A DNA stretch of 64,000 nt from Oculina patagonica (taxonomy: Eukaryota). The position numbers and the translations under genes were made by a program. The stretch is taken from assembly GCF_052425735.1 (NCBI RefSeq), contig NC_135758.1:36580001-36644000 (forward strand), given 5' to 3'. Shown here piece by piece: positions 12,532 to 27,200 of the stretch. Below the pieces are notes generated by a model that was given only the letters and a program-made list of their open reading frames with translations, did not search any database and was not told the DNA's origin. Within the stretch, counting starts at the first letter, position 1. Each line of letters opens with the position of its first letter.

Positions 12532-14024
12532 ATAAATTTGAGTGCCGTGATAATAACCGTAGACGTGATGTGTAAGTCATCGATTGGCTGTGGAATTGAT
12601 TGATATTTCTTATAAAGCGGCTACTCTTTTATACTCTTTTACACAACTCATTGGAGGCCACTTACTTTGGGTGTGGTTTTTGATAACAGAAAAAGGACGT
12701 TCCTTTCATGTTAATCCAAATGAGGTACTGATGCGACTTAAAGTGCCATCTCCAGGCAAAACCATTACGGAGGCGCGCCGGTCACTTGGAAACGTTTCAT
12801 TTGAGTTTAACAGGAAAGGCGCTTTGATGCAAATAACACGAACCAGTTTGAACACTTAGTTTTTTAAGTTTTTATGTGAGGCATTTTCCCTTAACTTTTT
12901 AATCGAAAATTTTTTTGGGACCTAAAAATACCCTAACACGACTTAGAGTCCAATGCCTTACCGCTAAGCGCCAGAGAACTGTTCACTACACAATGCAAGC
13001 CAAAGTAACATTTGTATAAGGTTACTACAGACAGAAACAACTCCAAAATTACCAAGGACTAACCCTACAAGCTTACTGAAGTGCTTTTCGAATCCTCTGC
13101 CTAAAGCTATTCTCTACCTTACCCCATATCTAAACCTCCCCTGCTTAATTTAGGTCATTATGACTCCTTTATAGAACTTCTCAAAGTGTCCAACCGGTAA
13201 CGGTCGTTGACGATTAACGTTTTCCACTCTTACAAAACTATTCTGGAAGTTTTTTCTTTTTTCTTTTTTGTGCGGGCGCGGATATGTAGACAAACCGAAA
13301 GAAACAAAAATGCAAACTCTCAATGTAACGTTTACAGAATTGGCTGGCAATATGGCCATAATTTAAGGACCTTTAAGTGTTGCTTAATTTCCTGAAACGA
13401 GGCGATCTTGGCGGTAATTCTATTTAATGCCCTCGTTCAATAAGTGCCCCTTTGTAATAAGTGCGCCGGCTCCTTTGAATGTGTTTTTGCTAATAAGCGA
13501 CCCTATTCTAACACCGCCCCTGTGCCAATAAGTATAAGTGCTCCAAACGCCTCCAATTGCGTAGGCGCCCCTATTCTTTCCTGTTTCAATTTACTGCGCC
13601 ACCAGAGTACATTAAAATCACCCATGGTTTATCTCCCATCAAACTGACTCAAATCATTCCCCGGCCTGATCAATCGCTTATAATCGATCATCGGAAATCC
13701 AATCGCTCAATTGATACCAGTCGATAACAATTAGTTAATTGCTATCGATTGGCATCGGCCAATCGATGACCAATCGTAATCACAAGCTTGAGTCCTCAAT
13801 CGTTCCTGCATACAAAATAACTGTTCTTCGAAGTGTCTCGACTGTTATTTTCATGTGAGGACAAAATTCCTTCAAATAAAAGATCTCATTAATTTTACAC
13901 ATTTTTACACATTTAGATGAATATCAAAACAATAAGCGCTCCGTCCCAAGTAGGCGCACTGTCTCCAATCAATGAGCGCCTTCCCTTGAACACCTTGAGC
14001 TCCCAAAATAAAAATAGCGGCCCA

Positions 14025-14254
14025 GGGGCCCGTTTCTCGAAGATCCCGAAACGTTTTCGCACCCGAAAAGCCATTACAAAATCCTGAACCTTAGGATTAT
14101 AGAGCTGTTTTATTCCATGATATTTTTAATATAAACGGATGTTCTCTTTATACAAAGTTTCAGGCCTATAGACTTCTCTGTTTCTAAGATACAGGTGACT
14201 AAAAATGGCTTTACGGGCCCGTTAAGTTTCCGGGGCTTTCGAAAAACGGGCCCC
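14025..14254. mobile_element. Harbinger-like MITE nested in an older element with ATAAG(C/T)GCC repeats (about 13411-14272)
   Basis: TIRs GGGGCCCGTTTCTCGAA and TTCGAAAAACGGGCCCC; CAG/CTG context at the ends. Confidence 0.7.
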
Positions 14255-14742
14255 TGGCGAATCATAACGGTATTTCACAATCAACTTGAAGAATGAAGGA
14301 TTTTGCGAATTATGGTAATACTAAAAACAATTTAGTTTTTATTTATGGGTAATTTTTCAAAAATGTAGTTATTATTTAACAAAGCACTAAGCTGAAACCT
14401 GTGGCCCTCCTGAAGTATATAGTATTGAAAGTAAGTCAAGATGTCAAATATTAAAACAAAAAAAGTTCTCAAGAGATTTGTTTGTTTTTCGTCTATTGTA
14501 CCTTTATTTACATGTATACATTCTTACAATATACTGTCAGTCTTAACTCAAGTTATGATGCAATCAACATTTCTTTTGGTGGTTAATTTTGTCTTTTAAA
14601 AATATATATCAAAAAACCTAATTGTTTAAAATTTATTCAGCCTTACAAAAAGTTACAATGTTATGGTAGTTTTTGTTCAAAATGAAAAATAAGGTCGTCG
14701 TCCTTTACTATAAGAAACACTAAATACTTTGCTTTGTCTGGT

Positions 14743-15621
14743 TTACTTTTGAATAAAAACCGAGTCAATGTTCTCTTCCTCGTCCTCTCTTATAGACGTT
14801 GGAAATCTCAAATATCTACATTTCTTCATCTCTTCCACATGCTTGGAAAACTTCTGTTCCTCCGAATTGTCATCGTTGCTTTCCACGCCGACTAATTTCC
14901 TTACTCTGGCCCACTTTGAACCCAGGCTAGGACAACTACCTCTCCGCATCAGCCTCGAACTTTTCGGGACGGCTTCTTCCACAGTCAAGGGCGATAAATG
15001 CATCGGCTGTAAACTTCCTCGTCGGGTCGATCTGGCTATTGGCGGAGACGCAATAACCATCGCGGAATAACCGTTGGATAACTTGCTCGTCACATCTAGC
15101 GCATCCAGTCTCGGTTTGGCTTGTCTTGAGTACTTCAGCTTGTCGAATAATATTTCTTTTGGTGTTTTTATCGACTTGACGTCTTCTAACTCAATCTTTC
15201 TCGACCCTTTATTCTTGTGAGTTGTTATGTTCGGTAGTTTTAGAGGCGACGGCGATGACGAAGTTTTGTTGTCATTGTTTACTCCGGATTTCAAATCCTT
15301 AGCTACAGTGTATTGGTCCAATGCCGAATCGGAGAATGAACTCTTTAAGGTATCATCACCAACATTTCTCTTATCTTCTTCAGCGTATGCTTCAATCGAG
15401 GGGCTGGAAGGAAGGGAACCTCGGCGGGACTCTCGTTTTCGCTGGGAGGCGACAAGCATTGATTGTTGTACCGATAACTCCCGAAGTTTCTTCTCGAATT
15501 CCTTTTTGTACTTGTCTACCGAACAATTAAGCTTCTTAGACTCTTGATAGTTCATCATTCCAGTATTTTTTAAAGATTGCGTGAGCTCTTTTCGACCGGC
15601 CATATGTTTTCTTCCACTCAT
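14743..15621 (-). CDS. Uncharacterised protein with N-terminal coiled coil, three RRGS motifs and CCDC190-like C-terminus
   Basis: 292-aa ATG-initiated ORF in AT-rich surroundings; heptad-like N-terminus; RRGSLP, RRGSLQ, RRGSCP; EEMKKCRYLR...IDSVF ending; minus-strand AATAAA at about 14503-14508. Confidence 0.8.
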   Translation of the reverse strand: MSGRKHMAGRKELTQSLKNTGMMNYQESKKLNCSVDKYKKEFEKKLRELSVQQSMLVASQRKRESRRGSLPSSPSIEAYAEEDKRNVGDDTLKSSFSDSALDQYTVAKDLKSGVNNDNKTSSSPSPLKLPNITTHKNKGSRKIELEDVKSIKTPKEILFDKLKYSRQAKPRLDALDVTSKLSNGYSAMVIASPPIARSTRRGSLQPMHLSPLTVEEAVPKSSRLMRRGSCPSLGSKWARVRKLVGVESNDDNSEEQKFSKHVEEMKKCRYLRFPTSIREDEEENIDSVFIQK

Positions 15622-17753
15622 TTTGGGCTTGTGTTCTTACAGTGTTCCACTGAGCAATTCGTGATGTTTAGTTCTCCTTTACATCGTGATTTAAACTTAC
15701 AAAATCTCTTTTGTTCTATTTATTCATTTGCACTCTAGTTTCTGATTGCACAAGCGTCGTTTCAAGTGTTAATTGTTGTATCATGTCCAACAAAGGATTA
15801 AGTTTATTTACTTTTCGACACATACTTGAGAACTTACTAATCATCGTGCCACTAAATGACCTCTTATTAGAGCGATTCGCTTTCCAAAGCAAACACGTAA
15901 GTAATTCCTTGATCAATTTCAATAAAAGTATGTCGCATCACTTTCTTTAACTGAAAATCTGTTAAAAAAGGGGCAAAACATGGCGTAGGGTGGCTCGGCA
16001 CATAATTAGCCCAAGCAAGAGGATTAACGTTTTTGCATCTAAATATGCAGTTTACATATGCATGGAAGTGCAATAGAACTTTACTTTAATAAGCTTTGAT
16101 TAATAACAGAATGAGTAGAGTAAACTTCTCAAAAACTAATTAAATTTTTAAACAATCAAGTGCTTTTTATCGTCGCAAAAATGTAATCGGCACCTCTTGA
16201 CTAATTTATCTTTACTAAACTGCTCCATGGACCTAACATTGCGGTGCTTTTAAGTGGATATTAGCGGATAAGGGAAATATTACTCCTTATTAACGGGCAG
16301 TAACGTTCCTAAAAATAACTCCAGGGATCAAGCACGTGTTTACTCTCGTACTGTTTGAAGAAGAAAGCGTGAAATAGTGAATGAAGGGTCGGTATGACTG
16401 TTTGAAGTGGGTCTGTATTGGTTGTCACTTAAGAGTTTACTTTTATGCAATCGACAATCACGACGTTTCGCTCTTCATTCATTTAAAAGAATTAATTGAA
16501 AGAATTATTTTAAAGTGAATTGAATAGCTCAGTGATTTTTAAATTCTTGGATAGTTTCATTACGAAGGGGAAAAAGATCATAACACCCACATTTTGGGAC
16601 CAACGTGTTAATAACTGCACCTCTGTCTCGCCACACTGCCAAATCTCATTACTTGTGATAAGTTTTACAGGATTCATTGCACAACGTGCATCGTGGCTCA
16701 TCATGCAACATCGTTTCCGTTTCAGAGACGCTAAATCATTTGTTAAACATTTTAATCTTTCCCACCATTCTTTTGATCACATTGCCCCATGGTGGCACGA
16801 CACACGTTTTCACCAATTAAACCCTCCTAGCCTTCAAAAGTCGCCACCTACAGCGAGTGTTGTACGGCTCATATGCCTTCAGTTATTACTGAAAACTAAA
16901 GGCATAACCACTCATACAAAGTTATCATTCATTCGAAGCTTCACGAGAGTTTCTTAAGAAATTAATCCTTTAGCCCATTCGTGCTATCAATAATTCATGA
17001 GCTTTATATTATTTCAAGTTTTTTTTCTCCGTGCGTGACTTCACGAGTTTTAGATTACCTCTGGCTTGAAGTCAACAAAATAACGTGCCATTAAATCTTG
17101 TTTCTTGTTATAACAAGAAAATTGTCAAATTGTCTCGCTAATACAATTGTTGCATGTTCCAAGCACGCATCTACACGTTATAATTATTATGCAACTGTCT
17201 CGCCCCTAACAGCTAAGTGTATCATTTGTGGTTTCTGTCGTTTCGCCTTGACTCTGCGTAAGAGGTATACCACCCTGAACACTGTGGAGCACGTTTATCA
17301 TCCAGTATCAAACGTGTACGTACCCCACCCCCTGTAACAAACATCATGTGAGATTGCATGTGCACGGCGGCATGTATAAACATACAAGGGTTGTGAAAAT
17401 TCTGCTTCCAAAATCTTTCATAGTCGCGAGGATGCCGTTGAGGCAACGTTTACCGGATTTTTTAAGGGAAAGCGCGCAGTCCTGAAAATACCTGAACTAT
17501 TCCACGCCATATTTACACTTTTAGTTGGAAGCGGGAAGGGGAGGGGGTATCATCATCTCAATGTTGATCTCACCCTTTCACAAAAGAAATATTTTCCTAG
17601 CACAACCACCAAGTCCAGCAATTCATCCTTCCCAGCCAACGATACCCTTACGGAACACTTTTTTTCTGCGGACTACTTCATTTGAGTTGCCAGGTTATCT
17701 TTGGTCACCCTCAGATCGCGTGACTATTTTTGGTTACGTCTCAGTTTCTCTTA

Positions 17754-17970
17754 GGCCTGGTTCACACTTGCAAGGTCACGCAAACGCACAAAAACGCTTT
17801 ACATTGATGTTTTATGTCACCAGTGAACATAACATAACAACATAGGGTATCCGGTCACCTCGCCACCAGGGAATCTCTCTGACATATGCATAACGACATA
17901 ACGAAAGAACTGAACTTTTCTTTTTGTCGTTATGTCCACGTCTAGTTATGTCGCTAGTGTGAACCAGGAC
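17754..17970. mobile_element. Harbinger-like MITE just upstream of TMEM115
   Basis: TIRs GGCCTGGTTCACACT and AGTGTGAACCAGG. Confidence 0.6.
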
Positions 17971-18207
17971 TCATTACGTCCGATGCTTTAAATCGGTCAG
18001 TAATTATAAATATCTATACGTTTCGGCGAAATTTGCATTATGAATTTAATGTTTACATTTCCTTATGGAAATTATTAAATTTTTTGGCATTTTTGCGAGT
18101 TAAACTTCATGGAGACGCTAATAAAAGGACTGGGCCGAGAAATACACGTCATTTTGTGACTCGTCATCTGTGCTTCTGCGGCTGCGCACCAGAAACATAC
18201 AAACAAA

Positions 18208-21200
18208 ATGGCCACCATCGATTTTGATCGTCTCAAGGTAATATAAAGAAGATATCTCGCTTAAACTGGTCACAATTTGTCTCTAATTTTTTACTCACTC
18301 GTCTTTTTATTCCAGAATCACGTAAACAAGGCACTGGGCGATGCTTCCGTGGTTGTAAAGTTTTCCTGTGCTACTGTATGCCTGTTGTATTGTTTGAGTT
18401 TTATTCCTTCTGTTTATTCTGTGCTGGCTGTTACTCCTGGATTGTAAGTACAACTTATTTCTTATAAAATTTACTTTTTATTTTATAGCTCATATTATCA
18501 GTAAAGGTAATGTTAAATCAGATACTTGAAATCATTTAGTTGTGAAAGTAAATGTTTCTTATCCATTTTGTTGGAGTTTTTAAAATATAAATGTAAATAT
18601 GTTGCAATGTTCTATAGTTATGATGTAGGACCACATATTAACACTAAAGCATTTTTTAACAGTGCATTAGCCGAGATAGCGAGTCATAACATCTTGATTC
18701 TACAAAATTGAAAGAAACTTAAGCCAAGTTTACACAAGCAATTTTTGTATGACAATTAATGTGACAATTTTTATTTGCTTGTGTGTCAGATGTATTTGTT
18801 GACAAGCTGTTTTGTTAGCTTTTATGTGACCACTAAAAGTTGTCACATACAAAAAATATGAATTACTGGTGTAAACGACTTGTCACATAAACTGTGGCAA
18901 ATATTGCGTCAGCATATGTGGTCCCCAGTCTCCTACTGGGCACTGTGCACACGTATCTCTTAGCGTATCTCTGCTGCTCAAGGTCATTACTGGCGCACTA
19001 AACCTTTGATTGCTGACAAATAATTGTTGTGTCATCTACACGATCAAACATATTTGTCACATAAAACTTTATAAAAGTGTGAAAAACAGGTGTCCCCAAA
19101 ACACAAATTGTTTCTTTGAATTAAATTTGTATTTATTATGTATCTGTTAGCTGGTAATGTTTCTTTTAATTGGAGAAGTATGTCATGGGCCTTCATCTGG
19201 CTCTGTCCTGATCAACCAACTGAATAGGACTGGGAACTAACTACAGCAGTAATTATATATAAAATGAGACGTGAACAGAAATCAAGTTTAGCACAACAAG
19301 AAATTGCCGCAAAGAACACAAAGCAAAATTATACTCTTGGAAAGTTAGAAAGGACTACTACCAGTAATACAAAATATAAATGAAAGAGACATTTATTTTT
19401 GACTAGTTCTATTAGATTCAGTAAACAGGTCTACATCTTCTACAGTTGGCCTGTGTTAAACAATAATGATAACAAGACTGTGTTTATCTTCCTCTCAAGT
19501 GACTAAAGAGTCTTGAGTCACTTAAGAGGAGTATTGTATATCATATACCGTAAAGACTCGTGTATAAGCCGCACTCATACATAAGCTTGATTTTGAAGCT
19601 TGATTTTGAGAAAAAAATAAAAAACTTAAAAAAGCGCTGAGGTAAAGAAGTAGTTGTTTGTTGGTGATAAACGTAGCCATTGAAAGCTAATGCTGTGCAT
19701 TTGCTGCAAGTTGATTATATTAATCAACTCTTAAAATACCTTTTTGACCCCAGACTAGGCAATTTACACCCCTCAAAAGCAATGGTCTCGTAGAAAAGCC
19801 GCACCCACAATTTTGAGCCAAAAATTTCAGCAAAAAGGTGCGGCTTATAATTATACATGAGTTTTTACGGTATCAGGCTTATATCAAATTTTACGCTACT
19901 AGATAACAACCTTTGTTTCGATTTTGTTGAACAGTCATTCAATACAGAAGTTGTCAGCTACTTTTATCTAGCGTATGTAAATGTTTTGATAAATTTCCTG
20001 AAAATTATTTAAGACCCCCTTGAGGAATGTCATCGCCTCTCCATGCACTGCATGGTATCCATGGGTTGGGTGGTGGGACAAGATCATTATAAATGGACAG
20101 ACAGCAGCTGCCAAATAGACTAGTTTCGAATTATGCTCTACTGATCCTAAACAAAGGAGTGAAGTCGAGGTTGAGGGGAATAAAACAAAAGAAAATTAAT
20201 TTCCCTGAACCTCAACTTAATTCCTTTGTTTGTGATCAGTGGAGCCTAATTCGAAACTAGCCTATTAAAGGTCAAATGAACAGAAATTTCGATTTTTGAT
20301 ATTTTTTGCCCATGTGTTTATTAAGAGCCAAATAAACATATCCCAACGTTTCAAAGCAATCGGTCATTACATCGCAGAGATATTGCAAGTTGAAAAATGC
20401 TTTTTGTAGGCTGTCATAATCGTAGAGTGCTCGGAAAAATTGTCGGAAATAAAAACTTGTGACGTCATAATTGGTGTTTTTGAAGACGACCGCAGACCGA
20501 TTCCGCAGACCGCACGTTAGAATTTAAATAAATGTGTTTAGTGACTTTTCAAGCAGTTATTTCGTTCAGTTCGGCCGTTTTTCAGTTGATTGATTGATGG
20601 TTGTTCAGAGACGCGCATTTTTTTAAATAAAATAGCTAAAGCTCAAAAATAGCTTAAAGTTTTGTTTGCTGTCGTTTTGCATAATCATGTGAGGCATAGG
20701 TAGAATGCACGCTGGTATGAAAACAAATCAGGAATCTCTATTGTTCTTCTGATTAGCATTTTCGTTAATGAGCACGTGCTTTAACTATGCACGTGCGTTT
20801 TGAATCTTGGTACACTACAAGAAGCCGTTCTCTGCCGAACAACAACATGAAATGACGAATTGAAATTCTGCGTATTTTGGACAATGTCAGCCACGACGGC
20901 TGATATCCGGTTTTTCTACTTGGGGTAAAACGCTCTCTTTGAGTATTCAGCGGGAGCTAGTTCTTAAAGTTATAAATAAGCAGAATACGTTCGGAAAGTT
21001 GCGAGATTCTCAAGTAAAATATAAATTCATTTTCCACCAGACGTTTTCGTTGACGTTGCCGTCGGTGCGGTCTGTGTAGTTGGTCTGCGGTTGTCTTCAA
21101 AAACACCAATTATGACGTCAAAAACTCATTCCATTCCTTCCATTTTAGCGCGCAGTCATTCAAAAACGTTTTCGTGAAGCCTTCGGAAATCTTCGTATTT

Positions 21201-24200
21201 TTTGCTGTTATTCGCGCTTTAAGGCTCGAAAAGTAAAAATTTTTCTTAATTTTTCTCAATAATGGATAGTTTTAGCATTTGAGTGGTTAAAATGGCATTT
21301 TGAAATTTCTGTTCATTTGACCTTTAAAGGCGCCTGATATGCTGATGTCTGATCTTGTCCCGTAACTCTAACTGTAGAGCGCATTGAGCTTTGTTAATGA
21401 GTTATACAAGTCTAACCATCATCATTCATTCATTCATGCCGTTTATTATGTCACTGTTGGCATCACTAGCTCATAGTGTGTACCTATTTTAATAGTATAG
21501 TGCTTGCATGCAGCCTCTTTTTCTTCTTTTATTTCCGATTTTAACTCATTATTCTTTTTATTTCTTCAGCATCATTCCACCACATTTTAGAATATGGACT
21601 TTAATTACAGGAGGATTTATAGAATATAGAATATGGAATGTAAGTGTGTACCATTGTTATAAATTTAACTCCAATTATGTGGGTAAGTACAGTTGAACCC
21701 TGTTTAAAATAGCCACTAGTAAAAGGCTGAAGGGCAAATCCAAGGGAAATGTGTTTTAGTTTGAAATAACTGGAAATTTGAAATAACTGAGTTGAAATTA
21801 GTAGGGTCTAACTATATATTTTATTGTAAATTATTTTATAATTTTATTCTGCCAGCTCTTATGGTAACTGAAAGTGCACCTAACCCCTGTGGCAATACTT
21901 TCAAAATTGATTCTACATGAGTTAGAGAGTTGAATGGTTAAATATTTCTTCATCTCAATGTTGCGTTTTTAAGTTATGAAGGTTTATTTTTCCAATATGG
22001 TAATGAGTATGACGTCTACCCAGGCTTTTAAGCATACTTGTTTGGCTTATATCATTATTTACTCGCCATTACCAGACACCAAATTTACAATAAAAATTGT
22101 GGAAATTGCGAGTATTATGATAATGCTTTTTAAATACTGCTTGTGTGAACCAGTCAAAATCTGTATATTGAATGAAGACTGGGTAGGCGTCATACTCATT
22201 AACATATTGGAAAAAAAAACCTTCATAACTTAAAAACGCAACATTGAGATGAAGAAATATTTAACCATTCAACTCTCTAACTCATGTACAATCAATTTTG
22301 AAAGTATTGTTTCGGGGGTTAGGTGCACTTGAAGTAGTTAGGCCATATAGCTTTTCTAGCTAGGTAGCTAGAATATGTCAAGCTTATAAACAGATTGAGT
22401 CAAAATAATCAGTAGCAAAGATGAGCAAAATTGGTTAGAAATGTATTCTATTCCTGTGCTTAGTCCAAATTAAAAGTTGATTCCTCTTGAGGCATTGTTG
22501 CAGGGCTCGACGTTGCGACCTGTGGGGTCGCCAATGCGACTGGATTCGATCCGGTGGCGACTAACTTCCAATGCTTGGTCGCCAATCTGGCCACTAAGAT
22601 TTTTAGGTTTTTGTTATTTCCTTAGAACCCTAATGAACAGATTGAATGTTCATTCAAACCGGCGAAGAATTTCATTACGTATTTTACGTATAAATCCATT
22701 GAAACTGCCCTTTATCTTAAACTGATTATTTACTTACTTATTAAAATTACAAGCAGTGGCGAAACGCAAAGTGAAATCGACATCTTTCCTCGCGTTGAGT
22801 ACATTCAGGAAGCCAGCCGGAAGCCACATTTTTAAAAAATAGTTTCTAAAATGAAATGTTCTGCTAAATAAACAAATTTACCGTTCGAAAGTGTGAACTA
22901 TGGTCTTAGTGTATTCAAGAATTCTCACGTTGGATTTAACATTACAAGCTTTCCGTAAGTTGTTAAACAAGATTGGAAATTAAAGTCCATTTTGGAATGT
23001 CGCGTTTTGGATAATTACACTGACCGCGCGTGTCTTCTCATAATGAGTCACTATGTTCTTTTATTTTGTTTTTAGCTTTATATTGTGGTTGGCAACAGTG
23101 GTTCCGAAGAATATGGGAATTTAAGAATAATGGAGTGTGCTGTTGAATCGTAAACAACACACGCATTAGCATATTTGCATTTGAATATCGGATTTCGCCT
23201 TGTCTGGCTCGAACACAAACGAAATATTATATTCTTGTCATCGCTATTCTTAAGTTTTCCATGTTCAGGATATTAACAGTGCTCGACACTAACTTTTTTG
23301 GATACTAGGCAATTGGCTAGTAGGTACAAATAATCACTAGCCCACAAGGACAAGTCACTAGCCCCACCCCCCCCCCCCTTTAAAAAAAATTAAAACAGCC
23401 AAGTTTGAATCAGCTAATCTCTTAGCACTATATTTGTTTGAGTCCACACAAGTACATCTTTCCTTCACTGAGACGCAGCAACGATGCTATCATCCAACTC
23501 GGTTAAGAATTTCTTGACCGTGGATCACACTTCTTTTTCTCTTCATGCTGTGTGTGGTCCTCTGGTGAACAATGTAAATCTGGCTCACAATTATCGGCCC
23601 TTGAAGGCGGTTTTCTTGTAGGTAAAGTGTTACAAAAGCTTGAAATCATGCTCGCGCGGTCGCTCGCGCGGTCGCTCGCGCGAAAACCCCAAGATGGCCG
23701 ACTTATTATGGCTCTCTCCCAGGTCCCTTTTGGGTGTCATGGAAGCGAGGACAGAGGGTCTTTTCCAAGATGGCGTCAGGTTTGCGAGTTGATCGTACGA
23801 TATACATGTAAATCCGTATGCGATGTGGTTTAAATTACTCAAGCTATGGAAACTAGATCCTGATGAAGGTTTCTGGGAGAAAAACTTCCCAAGTTATAGA
23901 GTTGTAGTTGATTTATTTTTCCACGAATCTTACTAGTCTATGGGCTAGTAGGAAAGTACTTTTACTAGCCAAGCATGAAATTTTACTAGTCCTGGGCTAG
24001 TGTACTAGCGTTAGTGTCGAGCACTGATTAAAGGTCAATGGACTTAAAGACTAAAGTTATGTTTGTCTTTCGTGCAACGCACTTCAATTTCGAATGAAAA
24101 CAACCCGCTTCAGTTTTGAGGCATTCCCGTGGTTTTTACGCATCGCTGCCTGTTCATTCATTGCCGATATTCGGCTCGGCCCGGCTCATGAAAGATCATG

Positions 24201-27200
24201 AAAAGCTATCGGACTGCTCGGAGTTGATTTCTAGCTCAATGAAACTGCTTTATCGATAACAAAAATTTGTAGCCTGTAACAATAATCAAACAAATCAGGG
24301 AAAAACCTCCAATTCCCACGGCATGCAAATTGAGTAAGTCTCAACACACGTAACTCTGGCGCGTAGTCGTTACACATCAATGAGCACGAAAACCCTGTGG
24401 CGCACGTAATTTCTTCCGTTTTTTCTGAAAAATATTTGTTGTTTAAAGAAAAAAAATGACTCAAAGCTTGCACGATAAACGGTTTTTCTTATATACACTA
24501 TACATTCTCTCATTCATTTTTTTTTAAAAAAAGAAATCTAGCGGGAGACGGCAAATTTATATTTCTCAAGATGAAGATAGTGTATTTTATCTGCCCTTGA
24601 AATAATACTGCTTTTATTGTTGAAACATTTTTGGCGACTAGAAAATGTGTGCTGGCGACCAAAGCTGAAGACTTAGGGGCCAGCTGGCCCCAAGGTTTTT
24701 TTCTGAAAGTCGAGCCCTGCACAATGGTTGGTGTACATCGTTTTGAAAATGCTTTGTGCTAGCCTGCGAATACAGCGGCCTCTCATTCACGTGAGAGCGG
24801 CTGTATTCACAGGCTAGCTTTGTGCAACCTCTTCTATTTTACAACCTTTAGAACTATTTTGGAAAAAACATGCTTAAATTCAATACATGACTTCTGGACT
24901 TAAATCTTTGTTATAAGTAAGGGAACAATCAGATGATGAGTGTGTTTGATTTTCAGATGTTAATAGACATTGGAGTTCTTGTGCTATGTGGTCAGTTGCT
25001 AGAGCCTCTCTGGGGAGCACTTGAATTTTTGGTAAAAGCAGTGGAATCCTGATTTTTTTTAACGCTCGATTTCTCAAACCTCCTAATAACTCAACCCAAA
25101 AGTTGTCTCCCTTCCCTGTGTTTAACACTGTAATTTTACCCCAAGGATGTACCTTATTACATGAAATTTTCGCGACACGTTAATTTCGCGACTTTGAGGT
25201 ACACATATTTCGCGACATTTAAATTTCGCAATTTTGCGAAAATTTTGTATTTTGAATCACTTTAATTTCGCGTTTTTGTGTGAGACACAATTTACGTTTT
25301 CTTGGCAATATATTTTGACATACCTTTGAATTATATAAAACGACTTCATCGAAGGAACAATAACGTCAAAATTAACTAAAACGCAGGGGGGACTTTATCT
25401 CGGCAATACCTACAACAGAGCAGTTCTCACAATGTCTACAAGTGAGTCAATTGACGACAACATCCATTTACATTGATAACTGACATATGCGAGTCACTTA
25501 ATATTCGCGTCATGTTATGTTCGCGACACTTATTGTTCGCGTCACTTTAATTTCGCGATTTTTTTAGAATCGCGAAATTCGCGAAATTAAAGTGTTGCGA
25601 AAATTTCATGTAATAAGGTAGCTAAGATGAAACTGGTGGAAATTTCTTTGCTATGGGTGGGTGCTGGTCAAGAAAAGGGTTTTCAAACCTATGCAACATC
25701 CCCATTTTCACTTTCATAAGCGGTAAAATCTAGCGGCTTTAATCTACATCCATGTTAAGCCCTAATTTCTCAAACTCCCTGATTACTGGAACCAATATTC
25801 ATTTCCCTTGAAGGTTTGAGAAACCAAGATATGACTGTGACTGTTTGTGGATTGTTATGTACCCCATGAATTTTGTAACAACTATGAATAGTTTTCTATG
25901 TTTCTTGGGCTGTCTATAAACTTATGTTTTCTTTCTCTTTTTTGTAGAAATTTGTATTAATATTAGATGTAGGAACATCACTGGTAACATCAGCTGTTTG
26001 CGTAATAGCTTATGTTGCAACATTTGACACACATATGTGGTAAGTCTACATCTAAATTTGTAATACATAGTTGACAGTCCACAGGTTTCAGTGCAAGATG
26101 CAGTACAAATTCAGTACTAACAGTCATACACTATCCAAAGCTAGTACTGAAAGGCCTACAGATGGCTTCCAGTGTCTCTTTTTTTGGTAGTCTGAAAAAG
26201 GTCTTGTTTAACCTGTGATAGCGTAGTGTAATATCTAGAATCATTATTCAATAAATTGCTGTGATGCCTATATAATTTATGGTCAGAATGCCAGTGTTAT
26301 CCGTCATCCCTTCATATTAACACATATCCTGTGATATGTGCAGCTTGCCAAGATTCCTCTAAAGTCTTTCAAAGCTTTCAAATGTTACTTGTATTCACTG
26401 TTTTTTATCCTCACATGGCAGCCATCAATAGCTGTAACTAAAGTGTTGTTAGTTACTTTCTCATTTGCTATTTTTTATCTGACTCATAGGTTTCTGGAGT
26501 TCAGTGGAATGACTGGAATTTTATCGGGAATGGTGGTTGCATTCAAACAGATCAGACCTGAGCAGGAAGTAAGCTTGTCCTCGATTGGTCTTCGTGTAAA
26601 GGTTGGTTTCCACTTCATCATCATGCCTCATAGAGAAATGATAAACAGACATGTCTCTTTGCATGCTCAATCTTCTCCTGTTTGAGAAACACTTAAAACA
26701 TGACCAGAGAATTCAGTACATAGTGTAGCAGCTCTCATAAGTTTTTAATTCTACTGGTCCTCTAGTGTTGCAGTTGATATTGTTTTTGGAGCAAGTGCCA
26801 TTGTTCCTGTGGTTTGTTCTATTGTTCTCTCAAAGGGCAGCGAGCCATTTATGTGAGACCATGTGAGAGCTGCTGCCTGACCCCCAAAATTCCATACTGA
26901 TGCAAAGATATGTGCAGTGTCCCTGATTGGTGTTATGCGAATGCAAAAATTCAAAACCAAGCAAAACCCAATCCGCGACACTATGTGTATCTTTGCAGAG
27001 CTATGTCATGGAATTTCTACAACTCAAGTCCAACATCTCAGATTTTTCTCAAGAAAGTGTTATCTCTGCTTACTCAGATAAAAATGTTTTTTCCTATTTC
27101 AGCATGTACCATCTATAGTTGTTCTTGTATACAGTATTCTTTGCATCGTTGGCATTCTTCCCATCATCCTACTGGTCATGGTTCTATCAGGGACACTGAT

